The notes: a model not told the origin generated them from the sequence alone. A DNA stretch of 63,761 bases, filler included, from Kipferlia bialata (GCA_003568945.1; 5 parts of 5 records of this genome joined end to end with filler, not necessarily neighbours in it), one strand, 5' to 3'. Shown: positions 1 through 14,190, counted from the first letter of the whole stretch. A program made the numbers and translations.

Positions 1-6
1 GTGGGC

Positions 7-44
<38 letters not shown>

Positions 45-99
45 CGAGAGTGCATACCTCACAACACAAGTATGGATGTAGAGTGGATACTCACCCCAG

Positions 100-1943
100 T
101 GGGGGATAGAGACACGGCCGCACTGATTGAGAATGTGATGCACTCGAACCAGCGAGAGATTGAGCTGATCAGGTGGGGCTGACTACCCATGGCATATATA
201 TATATATGTATACTCTGAGTATGTGTGGGTATGTGTGTCCCATATATCCATGTATACATTCAGTCTACGTAGTACATATATACATGTGTTGGAGGGTACA
301 GTATATATATCAGTATCATATCAGTATATATATGTCCATATACATCCATGACATGGGTTCCAGGTCAATCAATCTATCAATCTATCAATCTATCTACCTG
401 CTAACCAATCAATCAAGCTCTCTCTCTCTGTCTGTCTGTCTGTCTCTCTCCTGACCCCCCAGACTGCAGAAGGCCTCTGCATCCTGGGCCTCAGATGCCC
501 TGTACGAGCCAGGGTCCCGCTCACTGCTGGTGTCCACAAGGTGGGATATACGCATATATATATATATATATATATGTTAATATAGGTATAGGTATATATA
601 CACATATGTGTATATGGCACTCACATGCTGCTGGTGTCCACAAGGTGGGGTTGGGTTATATATATGTACATATAGTATATGTATAGTGTGGTATGTATAC
701 ACACCCACGTATACATATATATATGGCATTCACACGCTGCTGGTGTCCAAGGTATCAAAGGTATCATATCATGTAGAGGTCAGAGTGTCAGGGTGTCAGG
801 GTGTATGTGGTTGATACGTGACCAACCATCCTACCATGTGTATATACCATATATACCTTATATACCATGCTGTATTTTACCAGGGCATATCCCACTGTCA
901 TCGATTGATTGATTGATTGATTGATTGATGATTGATTGATTGATGTCAGGAAGGGCCAGGTGCTCTGTCTGGACCCTCAGGCAGACTTTGGCATAGTGCG
1001 CACCATCCAGATACCCAACCGACAGCCGGTGCTGCAGATGGCCATAGTGGACAGAACAGGTGCAGACCGAGTGCTATATATGCTATATATGCTTTGTATG
1101 CTTTATATGCTGTATATGCTGTATATGCTGTATATGCTGTATGGTGGACAGAACTGGTGACTACTGTCCCTCACTCACTCCCTTACCATCCCCTACCCTC
1201 CCCTACCCTGCCTGACTGTCAGTGCGCAGACTGCAGGTGGACACCATCGAGACGGAGCTCACGGCACACAGGATGGTACGCAGAGGGATGGGGCGGTGTC
1301 TGGCTCTCTCTCTCTCTCTCTCTCTCCCTCATCATGACACTGTATTTATATATATACACTGATATATGTGCCCTGATGCTTCAGAGACTGAAGAAGAGAG
1401 GCAAGCACCGCGCAGCTGCCAAGCTCAGAATGGATACCCAGGTCCCAGGTGAGGCATCTCAGTATGGATATGGATATGGATATGCACATGCACATGTATG
1501 TGCATGTATGTATGTGCATGAGTGTATGTATACCTGTACACGTATTGAGACGCATGGGTGCATGTATGTGCATACCTCTCGCGAGGCCTGACACCGTTGC
1601 TACTGATACTGCTATTGCTACTGCTACTGCCACTGCCCCCAGGCTATGGGCGTGTGGATGTGATGCCCGGCCAGGGTATGCCCCACAGGAAGACCCAGGT
1701 GCTAGTGGTGGTCACGGCCAAGGTGTGTGTGTGTGTGTGTATCATGATGTGATATGATATGGTATGGTATAATATGATATATGATAATATACACATGATA
1801 TACACATGATATTGGGGTGGTCACGGAAAGGTGAGCCAGACACATAGGATGTGATGATATATATGTGTATATGAGTATATACATGTGTATATACATGTGT
1901 ATATATATGATGCACATCCAGGGTGTACATGAGTGGTGTATCC

Positions 1944-1974
<31 letters not shown>

Positions 1975-4234
1975 TAATATATGTATACATACATCATGCA
2001 TGATACGGGATACATGATTCTTACAGAAGGTGTACTTGAGGTGGAATCCCCGTATCAGTCTCCTCCGTCTCTCTATACATGTATACCACATACCCCAATA
2101 TACCCATTTATACCCTTCTGACCCCAGGGGGACGTGGTCTTCTACCTACTACCCTCCTTTGTCCTGCTCCACACGATTACAGGCCCACACGGGAAGGTAT
2201 GGGTACACTGCTGTATGTCGGTGTGTATATACATGTATATACATGTAATAGTGATTGTATATGTGTGCCTATGCCCTGTAGTGCAGTGTCGGTATGTGAG
2301 TAGGATATAGCAACGTGTCGCCTCCTTCTCACTGACATACATTCACACCCCAAGGTGGGGTATGGCAGTATCAGTGTCTACATGCTACCCCTCCTCTCCC
2401 TCATGCATACACTCATGCGTATACTCATGCTTAGGCTGGTCCTGAGGCCCCTGGGCACCACGTGTGGCTCACCTCTCTGGCCTCCTTCCCACCCCCCACC
2501 CCAGACCACGAGCCGGTCCTGGTGACAGGTATAGATATATATATATATAGATATATGTATATAGGTACCACACTGCTGTGGCTATGTAGATGTAGATATA
2601 GATATAGATATAGATATAGATATAGATATATGTAGATATATGGACACATGCGAATATATATTTATATGTACATATATATACGTATATATGTCTGTCTCAT
2701 CCCAAGGGGGCAGTGACGGAAGCATCTATCTCTGGGACCTCCTGCGTCTGAGGCCAGCCAAGGTATCAGAGCCTGGGTATATGTGGATATCAATATACAT
2801 ACATACATATGGCATCAGTGTATGGGTATGGAGGTGGCTGTATCACACTTCTCTGTATCTCCATGCATGAGATGGAACCTCTCATCCCGTATCTATCTAT
2901 GTGTCTGTGTGTCTATGGGTCACCCCATCATACCACCGACACCCCTGACCCCAGCGTCTCACCGGCCACTCTGGCCCTGTCACAGGGTTCGCATGGAACA
3001 CCGACAAGAGCCAGCTCCTGTCCTGCTCGGCAGACCACAGGTACGGTGTGTGGATATGTATGGATGTATGGATATGTATATAGTGTGGGATATACACCAC
3101 TACAGACCACAGGTACAGTGGATGGATATGATACTTATTGCCCACCCCATCAACACACATCTCCTTCCCTCTCCCTCCCTCATGTGATGTCATCAGTGGA
3201 ACAGTGTCAGCACAGATATCAGCGTATCAGCATAGACACCCTATAGACACCTACTCTATGGACACTCTGACATGTCAGGTGCATGCTGTGGAACCCCCTG
3301 CTGTCCAACATGATAGGGTGTCTAACGGGCCACACGGCACCTCTGATAGGGGTCGGGTACTGCAGCCACACAGGTATATGGATATGCATATAGACATATA
3401 TATGTATATACCTATATAGTGTTCAGGTTATATATATATAGTGTACACGACCTCTATGTATCAGATATATGGTGTTACTATTGTGTAATCTCATCGGCAA
3501 TTTGCGCCACTATCACCCCCCTCCAGGCCTTGTCACCCCTGTATACACACGTCTGTGTATATATCCATCAATGTATCTCTCCATATACCCTGCCCCTCAG
3601 GCCTTGTCACCACCGTGTCCAGCGACAAGACCATCAAGGTGTGGTCCCTACGCACAATGACGGAGACCCAGTCCATATTCAGCAGGACCACCCAGGCATG
3701 CATGGCACATGTATATATGTATACGTATATATGTGTATATACATGTGTGTGTATATATGTATGTATACCCTGTATATATACCCAGTTTGTGTACTCTCTG
3801 TATACTCTGCCTCACCCGCAGCTTCCCGAGAACCGCCTCACCGCCATGTGCTTTGACAATGACAGGAGGACGCTGCTGGTGGCAGGGTCGTTCATCCTGC
3901 CCTACGCATTCCACCTCAGGGTATGGGTGTGTACATATACGCATGTGTATATCTATGCATGTATATATCTACGCATGTGTATCATATCTATACACCCTCT
4001 CATGTGTCAGGAGGATGCCAACACGTCTGCCTCGACTGGCACCGCCCCCCTAGTGTCTCTGGTACCAGGGTGCAGGGCATACACAGACAGAGTGGCGGCA
4101 CACACAGGTCAGTGGCAGTATCACTATGATATATAGTATAATATGTGGTATGATATGTCATGTGTGTGTAGGTGCGTGTGTGTGTATGGACTCCATATCA
4201 CATATCACATATATATATCACATATCACATATAT

Positions 4235-4269
<35 letters not shown>

Positions 4270-6242
4270 AAGCACACTGGCACATCTGTCCACATACAGA
4301 TGGTTGAGAGCTTCACGATCTACCTGTCCCAAAACCAGTCCTCAGTGACACTCCTTGTATGGTGTATGGAATATGGGATAGTATATTATGGATATGACCT
4401 ACATATACCTCTGCCACCCTGCATCCCTTGTGTTATACAAGGGATGCACTGATACTGATACTGCTATACTATACTATATTCTGTCACACTCTATCATGCC
4501 CCCCCCCCCACCCCAGCCCCCCTCGTGGCTATCCAGCAGACCAGGTTTGTGGTGCCCGTAGACGAGGGTGAGGCCATACCACTGCTATACATGCATGTAC
4601 CTGTATACCTGTATGTACCTGTATATATGTGTGCCCTATGCTATGCTATGCACATGTTGGTCGTGGTCCCAATGGGATGGACTCTGATGGAGAGACGTGT
4701 CTGGTGGTGGGTATCCCCCTCTCACTATGTATGTATATTATATATATGTCCATATGTAGCAATGGCTGATCTCCAGATGACTATGCGGCTGTCCCAGACG
4801 AGTCCTCCAGCTGCTATGTGTTCAGTATAGATGCACGGGGTCTGGTGTGTGTCTGGAGACTGTCACTAGGTATGGATGTATGTATGGGTGGGTGCATGTG
4901 TATGTGTATATGTATATATGAGTGGTAGCATGGATATGTGTATATATGTAAGTCCGTGGTACAAATATACATATATAGGTATATGCATATATATATGTAT
5001 ATGCATAGGTTGGTTATATGGATGTGTTGGGGCTATGCCCGTTGTGACACATAGTCCTTATATACACATACTGATACATTGTATATATAGTCATTGTATA
5101 TATAGTGTGCCCCTCTCACCCCCTAGCCAAGGAAGTGGCCGCCCTCGGGTTCCAGGCAGGTATAGCAGTACCGCTTAAGTAATACTGGGGGTCCATGGTG
5201 CTACTAGGCCTGTGACGATACCTCATGACGTGGCTGTAGAGTATATTGAGAGTATATGAGTATGGGAGTGTTAAGGTGTTAGAGTGTTAGTCTATTGAGT
5301 ATTCTTTTCTCTTCTATTCCACTGTATACCGATATCGGTCTACCTTTCTGCTGGTTTTTATCATACAATATATACTTCTGTATACTACTGGTGGGTATTC
5401 ATATAATGAGTATATATCTGCTTGATATCTGACTCCATATGCACTTTATACTGAGTCCATTCTGTGTCATATCCTCACTGATATCCTCTCACAGGGTTAT
5501 ACTCCCTTGAGTCCGTGTCATCATTCCAAGTGTCCTCACGTATATATGTACACATACCTATACCTGCATACCCTCATGTATATATATACTCATGTGTCCA
5601 GCCCGTGAGGGTCCCCTTGTGTCCGAGATGGTTGTGTCGTGCCACCTGCCCATCCATGACACCCAGTGCCCAGCCGCAGTCAGGGGGGAGGTATATATAT
5701 ATATATGTATATATATATATGCATGGGCATGGGCATGGGCATGTGTGTGTGTGTGTGTGTATATTCACATGTACATATGTGTGCCCATATATATATGTAG
5801 ATATGTATTTTATTGATCAGGGAGTCAGGGGGGATGTGACCACACGGGAAACATCCATTTGTTTATGTATATTATATTTCTCATATTTATTGTTTTCAAG
5901 TGTATCCATCTCCCAATCAATACATATGTGTTCATTATATATCTATATATATAGTATATTTATATTTATATTGATTTTTAATTTGTGTGAATATTTAATC
6001 ATTTCTTTGTACGTGGCTACCAGTAATTGTCGGCACACAACGGTATAATGAGGACGTATATAGTATGTTTAGTATATATAGTATCAACAGTTTGTTGGGA
6101 CCTATATATCCACTCAATGTGTGAATACCTGTATCACTCTCTCCAAGTAGCACTTTCTCTCTATGTATCATTGTATCACCGTCCATATGTGGCGTAGACC
6201 ATACTCCTACAATGAGGTCTCGCGTGTTCCTCTTGTCACCCA

Positions 6243-6279
<37 letters not shown>

Positions 6280-8274
6280 GTATATGTATATATCCCATAT
6301 ATCCCATGTATCCCATGTATCCCATGTATGCATGTATGCATGTATCCCATGTACCCCCTCCCTTCCCATTGTCTCACCCTGCCAGGCCTTCCCCTCTGTG
6401 ACGTGTGCCTATGTGGAGCCAGGGGGCAAGAGGATACTGGCAGGACTCAGCACAGGTATCGGTGACAGCATCACAGATATATGTACATGATATGATATGT
6501 GTATATGTATGTGATAGATGTGATAGATGTGGCAGGACTCAGCACAGGTACCGTGTACCATACACCCTGTACCCCCCTCCCCGTTCTGTCTCACCCCCTC
6601 CCCGTTTCTATCTCACCCCAGGGGAGGCGATGCTGGTGTCCTTCCCCTCGGGGTCTGTGCTCAAGATCTTCGATGCCGCCGTCGACAGCAGGGTGTTCAT
6701 GGCCCAGCGGGGGGGAGAGGGGGACGAGCCAGGTACAGTCACCCCCAGTCGCGCTCTCACTACTCAGTATCATCTTCTCTTTACTTGCTGTTTCTGTCTT
6801 GTTGCACAATTATACTCCTTCACACCTTGGTATTCATGCATGACATGCTGGCGTCATATACATATTGCATATGCATATAGTACAGTTCCATATGTATACC
6901 TCCCTCTCTCTATGTGCGTCCCTCTAGTCTCCCCCCCAGCCCCTCCCCCCCCAGTGGGTGGGGTGCATGACGGGTCGCTGCTGACTGAGGTGGGGGCAGT
7001 GGCCCTGGCCTCGTGTCAACAAGTGGGCAGCGTCAACTACCCAACTGTGGCCATTGGGGTGGGAAACAAGGTATCAATAGCAGTAGCAGTATCAGTATCT
7101 GTCACTAGGTGCGGGGGGTGAAATCTAGTCAGTGTCAGTCAGTGTCAGTGGCTGCATGTTTCAATGGGTGTATGTATCAAGTATAGTGTATGCGGTGTCA
7201 CATTCATAACCATTCTATATACATATCCATTATATATACTTACGCACATACATAGAATGTCTACCCAGTCTTCCCTACTACCATACTAAGCATGCCCCCC
7301 TGGTTACTCCCTCACTTATGTTACAAGTGCGGCGTATATATAGTATCATGCCAATACAATATTATAGTAATATAGTGCTATGTTTCATTCCTTACTGTCC
7401 AGATCCTGCTCTACCCCGACCCTGAGGCCCAAACCAGCAGGACCGCAGACCCCAAGGGCCAGGTGGGACCCTCCCTGGTGTTTGCAGGGCACAAGGGGTC
7501 AGTGACAGGTGGGGAGAGGTGGTGTATGTATGTATAGATATATAGATGGGGGGTGGATATGGGGGGATGTGGGTGGATGGCTATGGATGATGTCGACAGC
7601 GGATGGCTGTCTGTTGTCATACATGTATATGTGTTGTGGGGTGGTATGCCTTGTGTCTGGGTTGGGGTGCAGGGTGTGTCTGGGTTGTGTCTGGGTTGGG
7701 GTGCAGGGTGTGTGTGACACTGATACTGACACTGACCCCAGGTCTGCAGTACAGGGGCCTCAAGGGGGTCAGGGCCAACCTCCCCTTGCCCTCACTGCTC
7801 AGCTGCGGCGACGACGGAAGTGAGTGTCAGTGGCAGTGTCATCTATGTGTCTACTAGTATATATATATATACATATATATATATATGTATATATGCTTAT
7901 GAGTCATAGGCATATACATACATATACATATATATAATATATATATAATGTGGATAGGAGTGTGTGGGGAGTGGTACACCGGTATACCCCATACCTCAAC
8001 CACACGTGTATGTACTTATATGTGTACTTGTGTGTATACTTATGTGAATAGTCACCTACCTATATAATATATATGTATCGGAGTGTCAGGGTGCATGGTA
8101 TGATATGACATGATTAGTTGTGAGTATCTCATACTGTGTCTCTTGTGTGTCAATCAACCAATCAACCAACCAACCACATTATTGTATTCTCCCCCAGTAT
8201 CAGTGATCAGGTATCAGATGTCTGGATACCCACATATATATCCATTCACCGTACCATATATGAATGATTATATA

Positions 8275-8312
<38 letters not shown>

Positions 8313-10656
8313 CCCACCCCAGGTGTTGTGATATGGTCCCCGATCTCAGGCGAGCCCCGCAATGTAGTCAGGTTCAGTGATGTCAAGGGGAGGAGGTATG
8401 GCTGTTACTATCAGTGTACATATACCACTATTTGTATCACAACGAGTATGTTTCAGTACCAGTATCGGGATAGGTATCACTATGAGCATATACATATATA
8501 TATACATATATATACATGTGTGTGTGTGTGTGTACAGGTCTCTCTGCACGTGCCATACACCCTATAGTGTACATGTCTCCACTGCATGTAGAGTGTATAT
8601 ATATATGATATGCGTACCAGTGTACCAGTGTGTCACCCCAGCCACAACGTGCGTGTCACCACGGCAGATGGCCAATACCACCGGTCCCTGCTGTCCCACG
8701 TGACAGGCAGTGAGTCCCGGGACGACTTAGACTCAGGCCAGGACCGGTTCACGTCCAACCTACGGTGGGGCATGGGGTGGATATGTGTCTGTGTATATGT
8801 GTCCATGTGTATGTCTCTATGTATATGTCTCTATGTATGTGGTAGTGTCACCCGTGACATTGACACATACATAGTACATTGTATATATATGCATATGTCT
8901 CTATGTATTGTGATATGTATTTGTATGTATGTATTGTCATATGTGTTGACGCAGTCCCATAAACATAGATCTACTGGCTGTCAGACCCTCTTGCCTCTAT
9001 GTATGTGCCTCACCCCTTATACTTTGTATACCCTTATACCCCTATGACCACCAACACTCATACCAGCCTTGGGTCCGTCATATCCCTCGAGAGTGACGAG
9101 AGTGAAGTGGACATGGTATACAGCATATCGGAGACAGAGACAGATACAGAGGTGGGGGAGTTGTAGTGTTGTCAGTGTACTACATACTGGGTCTCTTCTT
9201 CGCCCCCTGTCCATGCCTATATATATATATATATATATCTGGTACTTACCCGCAGTGCAGTGAGGACAGTGTTATGCCCCCTCAATACACGGTAGACAGA
9301 CACACACCGACTAAGAAGGTATACATAGTCATGTACACACAACCATCGGCACCATACACACCTCATATATACCGGTATATCCTCACATATCCTACGGCTC
9401 GTGGATCATGTAGCTGACCCCAGTTGTCTCCGTCGAAGCCAGAGAGAGAGGGAGAGAGAGGGAGAGAAAGAGAGAAGGCAAAGGCAGACACAGGAGATAC
9501 TGACCTCACCGCTGGTGAGGACCTTGCATATAGATACATGTGTCAGGCCCCATTACTCCTATTGAAGCTATGATGGTAATTGTTACTCATTAGCTGTCTA
9601 CGATACGGATACCTACCCCTGGCCCTCTATATATGTGTGTGCATGCATACCCCCACCCCAGGCTGTGCCTATGGGGCCATCAGCGCCCACTTCCCCCCCA
9701 CCGCCCAGTACTGTCTATCACTATCGGAGGACGGGGGGGTGTATGCGGTGTCGGCTGAGAGAGGTATGGGGGGACGGCTGTCTCGGTTTCATAAGTACCC
9801 ACCGTTTGTAGGCATATATATATATAGTATTGTACAGTGTATATTGGAAAAACCAATTTGTATACTTACACTATTATGTGACCGCCAGGTGTGTGCAACC
9901 GTCTGAACACCTTCTCAGACGCTGTGTCTCTGGGCTGTGCCAGTGAACACCCGGTGGACGACGGTGGGCACAGGTATCAGGGGCAGTATCAGTATCAGGG
10001 TCTGTGGATGGGTCTGTGGCAGTGGCAGTGTATACATATACACACGTGTACACATGTACACATATCCACATGTACACATATCCACATGTACACATGTACA
10101 CATGTACACATGTACACATGTACACATGTACACATATATACACATATACATATATACATACAGAGTGGAGCAGCACTGCCGACCTCCCTCACCCTCTCTC
10201 ACCCTCTCTCTCTCTCCCTCTCCCTGTCTCCTGTACATACATATATGTATATATGTATATATGTATATATGTATATATGTATATATAGGTATATATGTAT
10301 ATACCCCCTTGTGCCTGTGTCTCATGGTGTCAGGGTGTCTGTGGCCTCTCGGCACTCGGTCTCGAAGAAGCAGACCCCCAGCCTGCACAGGAGAAACAGC
10401 ATGTGGAGTGACGATGGCAGTGAACACAAGACCCACATCACAATAGGTGGGTGGAGAGAGAGAGAGTGGCATGAGAGAGAGTGGCATTTCCCTTCCTTTG
10501 TCCACCTATGTATATGTATATATATATATTATATTATATATATATATATATGTATATTATATATATGTATTCAACCACGGCCTGTAGTCACCAAGACACA
10601 TAACCATGATCATGATCATACCCATCCCACACCCTATACCCCTCCCCATCCCCGTC

Positions 10657-10694
<38 letters not shown>

Positions 10695-12530
10695 GCCACC
10701 ATTCCCCTACCCCCTTTACAGCAGCACCATACCATGCCATCACCCCTATCACTCCTATGGACCAGTACCCCTTCCTGTATCTCGCTATCCACCCTGGTCT
10801 CTCTCTCTCCACCCCTACACACATATGTATGTATGTCCCCCCCCCACCCCAGGCACTGCGTGTGGCCACACCCTGCTAATCCATGTGGAGGAGAACCAGC
10901 CTCTGATGCCGGTCAGGTGGGTGTTTGCACTTGGGTATAGATATACGTCATCATCATGCACCCTTCGATCCACCCTCCCTCCCCCTCTCCCTCCCCCTCC
11001 CCCCCTCTCTGACCCATCAGCACAGGCCGGGGCATAGCCAGGGCCACATCGTCTGTCAGTGTGTTTGCAGGGTATGTCATGTGGATGGGTATATATGTGT
11101 GTGTGTGACACCAGTATGCATCAGTGTCTGAGCTCTCAGGTCTCCATCTATACATCTATCTATATATACACATCTACCCCCCAGCAACCCCTTTGCAGCG
11201 GGTGCGTCTGTCGTGTATGAGTGCACCCAGCTGGACCAGCCCGTGGTGGCATCGACTGTCGCATACGTAGGTAGGGAGGGGTATGGGTATGGGTAGAGAT
11301 CATTGTATGTATATGTAGATGTGTTAATACGTAGGTATATAGGTATGTATGGGCAGAGTGGTATGGGCAGAGGGGTGTGGGAGGGCATGGTTCAGGTGAA
11401 GGTTCACATGGATTCAGGTAATGGGGTGGCAGTGGTAGTACTGTCTATACATTTATGTCTGTTGTGTACTGTGTCGTATCATGTAGGGTGCGTCCAAATG
11501 TCTCTCTGTCTATGACACCTATCTCTATGTCTGCCCCCCCTCTACACACATATATATATATCCATCCATATACATGTATATCCACACCACATGTATCCCC
11601 CCCTCCCTCCCTCAGCCTCAGGCTCTCACACGGTTGTGCTGTCTGGCGACACCCTGGGGCATCTGACAGCCGTGGACACAGACACCGGCAGGAGCCTGTT
11701 TCTGATCAACGTGTCCAGGGCAGGTGGGGCATGGAGGGGGGATGGGGGACACAGTGTATATAGTGTATACAGTGTATACTATACAGTGTGCTAGGTGGTA
11801 TCACTAAGTGTCAGGGTTAGTACCAGTCGCAGTATCTATGTGTATGTCTATACCTCACCCTAGGCATGCGGGTGGAGAAGCAGCTAGCCAAGAAGAGACA
11901 CAACTCCATGTCCAACCTCAGACCGCTGGTGGTGGGTGGTGCACATATATATATATATCTATGCATATATATATATATATGAACACAGCCTGTATAGAGA
12001 GAGAGGGACTATGGAGTATGGGCTGTGTGATAGAGACTTGTATCCCCGTCCAACATAATAATGGCTCTCTGTCTCCCATATACAAATTGAGAGATATTTC
12101 ATATGCTCTACAATACCTTACCACCAGGTCCGGGCTGCCTTCCACGACTCGTATCTCTTCGACAAGCTGTTTGACGGCAGAGCGGTGGGGGCCAGGGACA
12201 CGAGGTGCGGCACATACTCTCACTGAGTCTCAGCCTATGGACGGAGACAGTTTGTGACAAGCCGCTCTTTCAAGTCTGCAATTTATTAATTAATACTCCC
12301 CCCCCCCCTTCACCCACAGAGATAACCGGAACCTCCGTCGCACAGTTGCCAAGTTGCTACCAACCGTGATTCAGGTACAACACAACACAACACAATACGT
12401 ATTCCCATATTGATATGTGTGTGAGTCAGAGCCTCCCCCTCCAAGCTGTGTATATATGTGTTATGTATATGTTGCCTGTCAACCCCAGGACGACAAGCAC
12501 AAGGCGTATGAGATCGACAGCCTTCGGTGA
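100..12530 (+). CDS. Large multi-exon WD40-repeat protein (5' end outside the window or contig)
   Basis: Chain of short GT-AG-bounded exons encoding WD-like strands: [11 protein letters not shown] (~2709), [13 protein letters not shown] (~3612), [13 protein letters not shown] (~4824), FAGHKGSVT (~7480), [14 protein letters not shown] (~7795/8323), [14 protein letters not shown] (~11636). Last exon [13 protein letters not shown] ends with TGA at 12528-12530. Confidence 0.75.
1072..1143. repeat. 9-bp intronic minisatellite (TATATGCTG)n
   Basis: About 8 imperfect units. Confidence 0.85.
10043..10135. repeat. 8-bp intronic tandem repeat (TGTACACA)n
   Basis: Directly visible tandem units. Confidence 0.85.
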
Positions 12531-13048
12531 CACTGTCAATGACAGCCTTCGGTGAGGGTGCTGGCACATGCAAATGGATACAGTACAAGTAGATACAAGA
12601 GATCTCGTTGGGTCCATCGGCCTCTGGTACTCAGTAGATGCGATACCAATGATATCCCAACCAGAATGGGAACCTACAATTTGAGTGTATGCAGTGTTTC
12701 CGCCACTCAACCACTCTCAGCCCCACTCTGCTCTCTCAGCACTCTGCTCTCCTCAGCACTCAATATCTGTCTGTCCTGAACAAGTTGTCAGTTGCTCGAA
12801 CTTCAGAGAATATATATATTATAAAGAGTACTCGATCAGGGACAGAATATACTAGTAAGGAGTCGGGTGGAACCGCTCCATGGACTCAAAAGACTATGGC
12901 CTAGTCTACTGGTACATGTCAACAATGTTGCCAATCACGTAACCAGAGTCGCAGTGATACATGTGGTCCAATTAAATAAACAGCAACGAAACCAGACTGC
13001 TGACCCCACCAACACCTAGCGTGAGATTGAAGCGAAACAAGAATATGT

Positions 13049-13134
13049 TGCCACATCAGTTGCTCAGAGATCTTGGTACGAAATCAATCAGTAATCAAAT
13101 TCGTGAAATGCTCATCAGTAAAACTAATGTGGCA
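13049..13134 (-). ncRNA. SNORD24: Box C/D snoRNA, U24/snR24-like, copy 1
   Basis: Minus strand reads CUGAUGA (box C), CGAAUUUGAUUA-CUGA (D'), UUGAUU (C'), UACCAAGAUCU-CUGA (D). The D guide is complementary to the conserved LSU rRNA AGAUCUUGGU. 13-bp terminal stem UGCCACAUUAGUU/AACUGAUGUGGCA. Confidence 0.85.
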
Positions 13135-13240
13135 GACAGAGGATACTATCTCAAACGAACCTGCACCAGAATAATCCACGACTCTTTGCCACAAGGGTAG
13201 GACTTAGAACCTAGAGTGAGTATCACTTAAAGACACAGAA

Positions 13241-13330
13241 TGCTGCATCATTTGCTCAGAGATCTTGGTACGAAATCAATCAGTAATCAAATTCGTTAGA
13301 ATGCTCATCAGTAATGCGAAAAATGCAGCA
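13241..13330 (-). ncRNA. SNORD24: Box C/D snoRNA, U24/snR24-like, copy 2
   Basis: Same C/D'/C'/D core as copy 1, with a different terminal stem (tgctgcat 13241-13248 / atgcagca 13323-13330). Confidence 0.85.
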
Positions 13331-13430
13331 AAGACGAGAAAGCACGATACCTGAAACCACTTTCCCAGAACACGACTTACAAAGGTCGCTCGAAATATCC
13401 TGAGATCAGACTTGATCCATTAGGAGTAGT

Positions 13431-13515
13431 AACTACACCAGTTGCTCAGAGATCTTGGTACGAAATCAATCAGTAATCAAATTCGTCGAATGCTCATCAG
13501 TAAACCGGTGTAGCT
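13431..13515 (-). ncRNA. SNORD24: Box C/D snoRNA, U24/snR24-like, copy 3
   Basis: Same core, with a third distinct terminal stem CUACACCGGUU/AACUGGUGUAG (G-U pair only on the minus strand). Confidence 0.85.
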
Positions 13516-14190
13516 ATGATATACCAGTGGAAAATAGACTAACCTTCATCGACACTCCATGAGAGACGGAGATTCAAAGCCACCATCAATCATAAAAGGA
13601 AAACAAAGCCAGTCTGTTGTGGGTTTGTTGGAAGGAAGGTCACAAAAACATTGTTTATGAAACAATGCCGAAGCTTAGTTTTTGCCAAGATCTAAGTTAA
13701 ATTCTAACCTTACTAGCAAAAATGAATGAAAAACCTTACTAGGCCTAAGTACAAGGCCTGATATGGTACTCCAACTCCACTTGAATGACACTACACAATG
13801 TGTGAGGAAGGATAGAGCCTATATTTACATGAGTGATAGTGTCCCACAATTAATTGCAATTCTCGACTAAAATGAGAGATCCTTGGTCCTAATAATTAGA
13901 CTTAATTGTATATTGACATCAATCAGGGCCAAGTTACTCGATTCTCAGTCGAATCTCAATAACAGTGGTGTGAATACCCGGGACCTCTCAGTTTGCTGAG
14001 TCCATAGTCATGTGTTTGCATGTTAACTGCTGACGTACACACCTAATTCCACTGTGAATGGTACATGCAAATTAGTTGGGTATCGTCTCTCTATCAAGTA
14101 CCAGTATATGGTTAGCCTCTTAATAGAGAACTCTCCTCGTAGGGCCATATATATAGAGGACAGAGAAGACCATGTCCCATGAGCATGGAC

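Noticed and set aside
9891..10940. Long ORFs rich in Y/I/H/T/C/V/M in the ORF track
   Set aside because: Translations of intronic (TA)n/(CA)n/(TG)n microsatellites, not proteins.
12516..12555. Direct repeat GACAGCCTTCGGTGA as a target-site duplication
   Set aside because: Only 10 nt lie between the copies. It is a small duplication of the WD40 stop-codon region, with no element.
12860..12920. Possible H/ACA RNA (two hairpins, AAAAGA, ACA)
   Set aside because: The second hairpin is too short and has no pseudouridylation pocket; support is insufficient.
13095..13120. Hammerhead ribozyme (CUGAUGAG...CGAA on the minus strand)
   Set aside because: GAAU instead of GAAA, no stem II pairing and no stem I/III. 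CUGAUGA is box C.
13049..13515. CRISPR-like repeat-spacer array
   Set aside because: The repeat (~60 nt) and spacers (~100+ nt) are the wrong size, no cas genes are present, the context is eukaryotic, and C/D boxes with an rRNA guide explain it.
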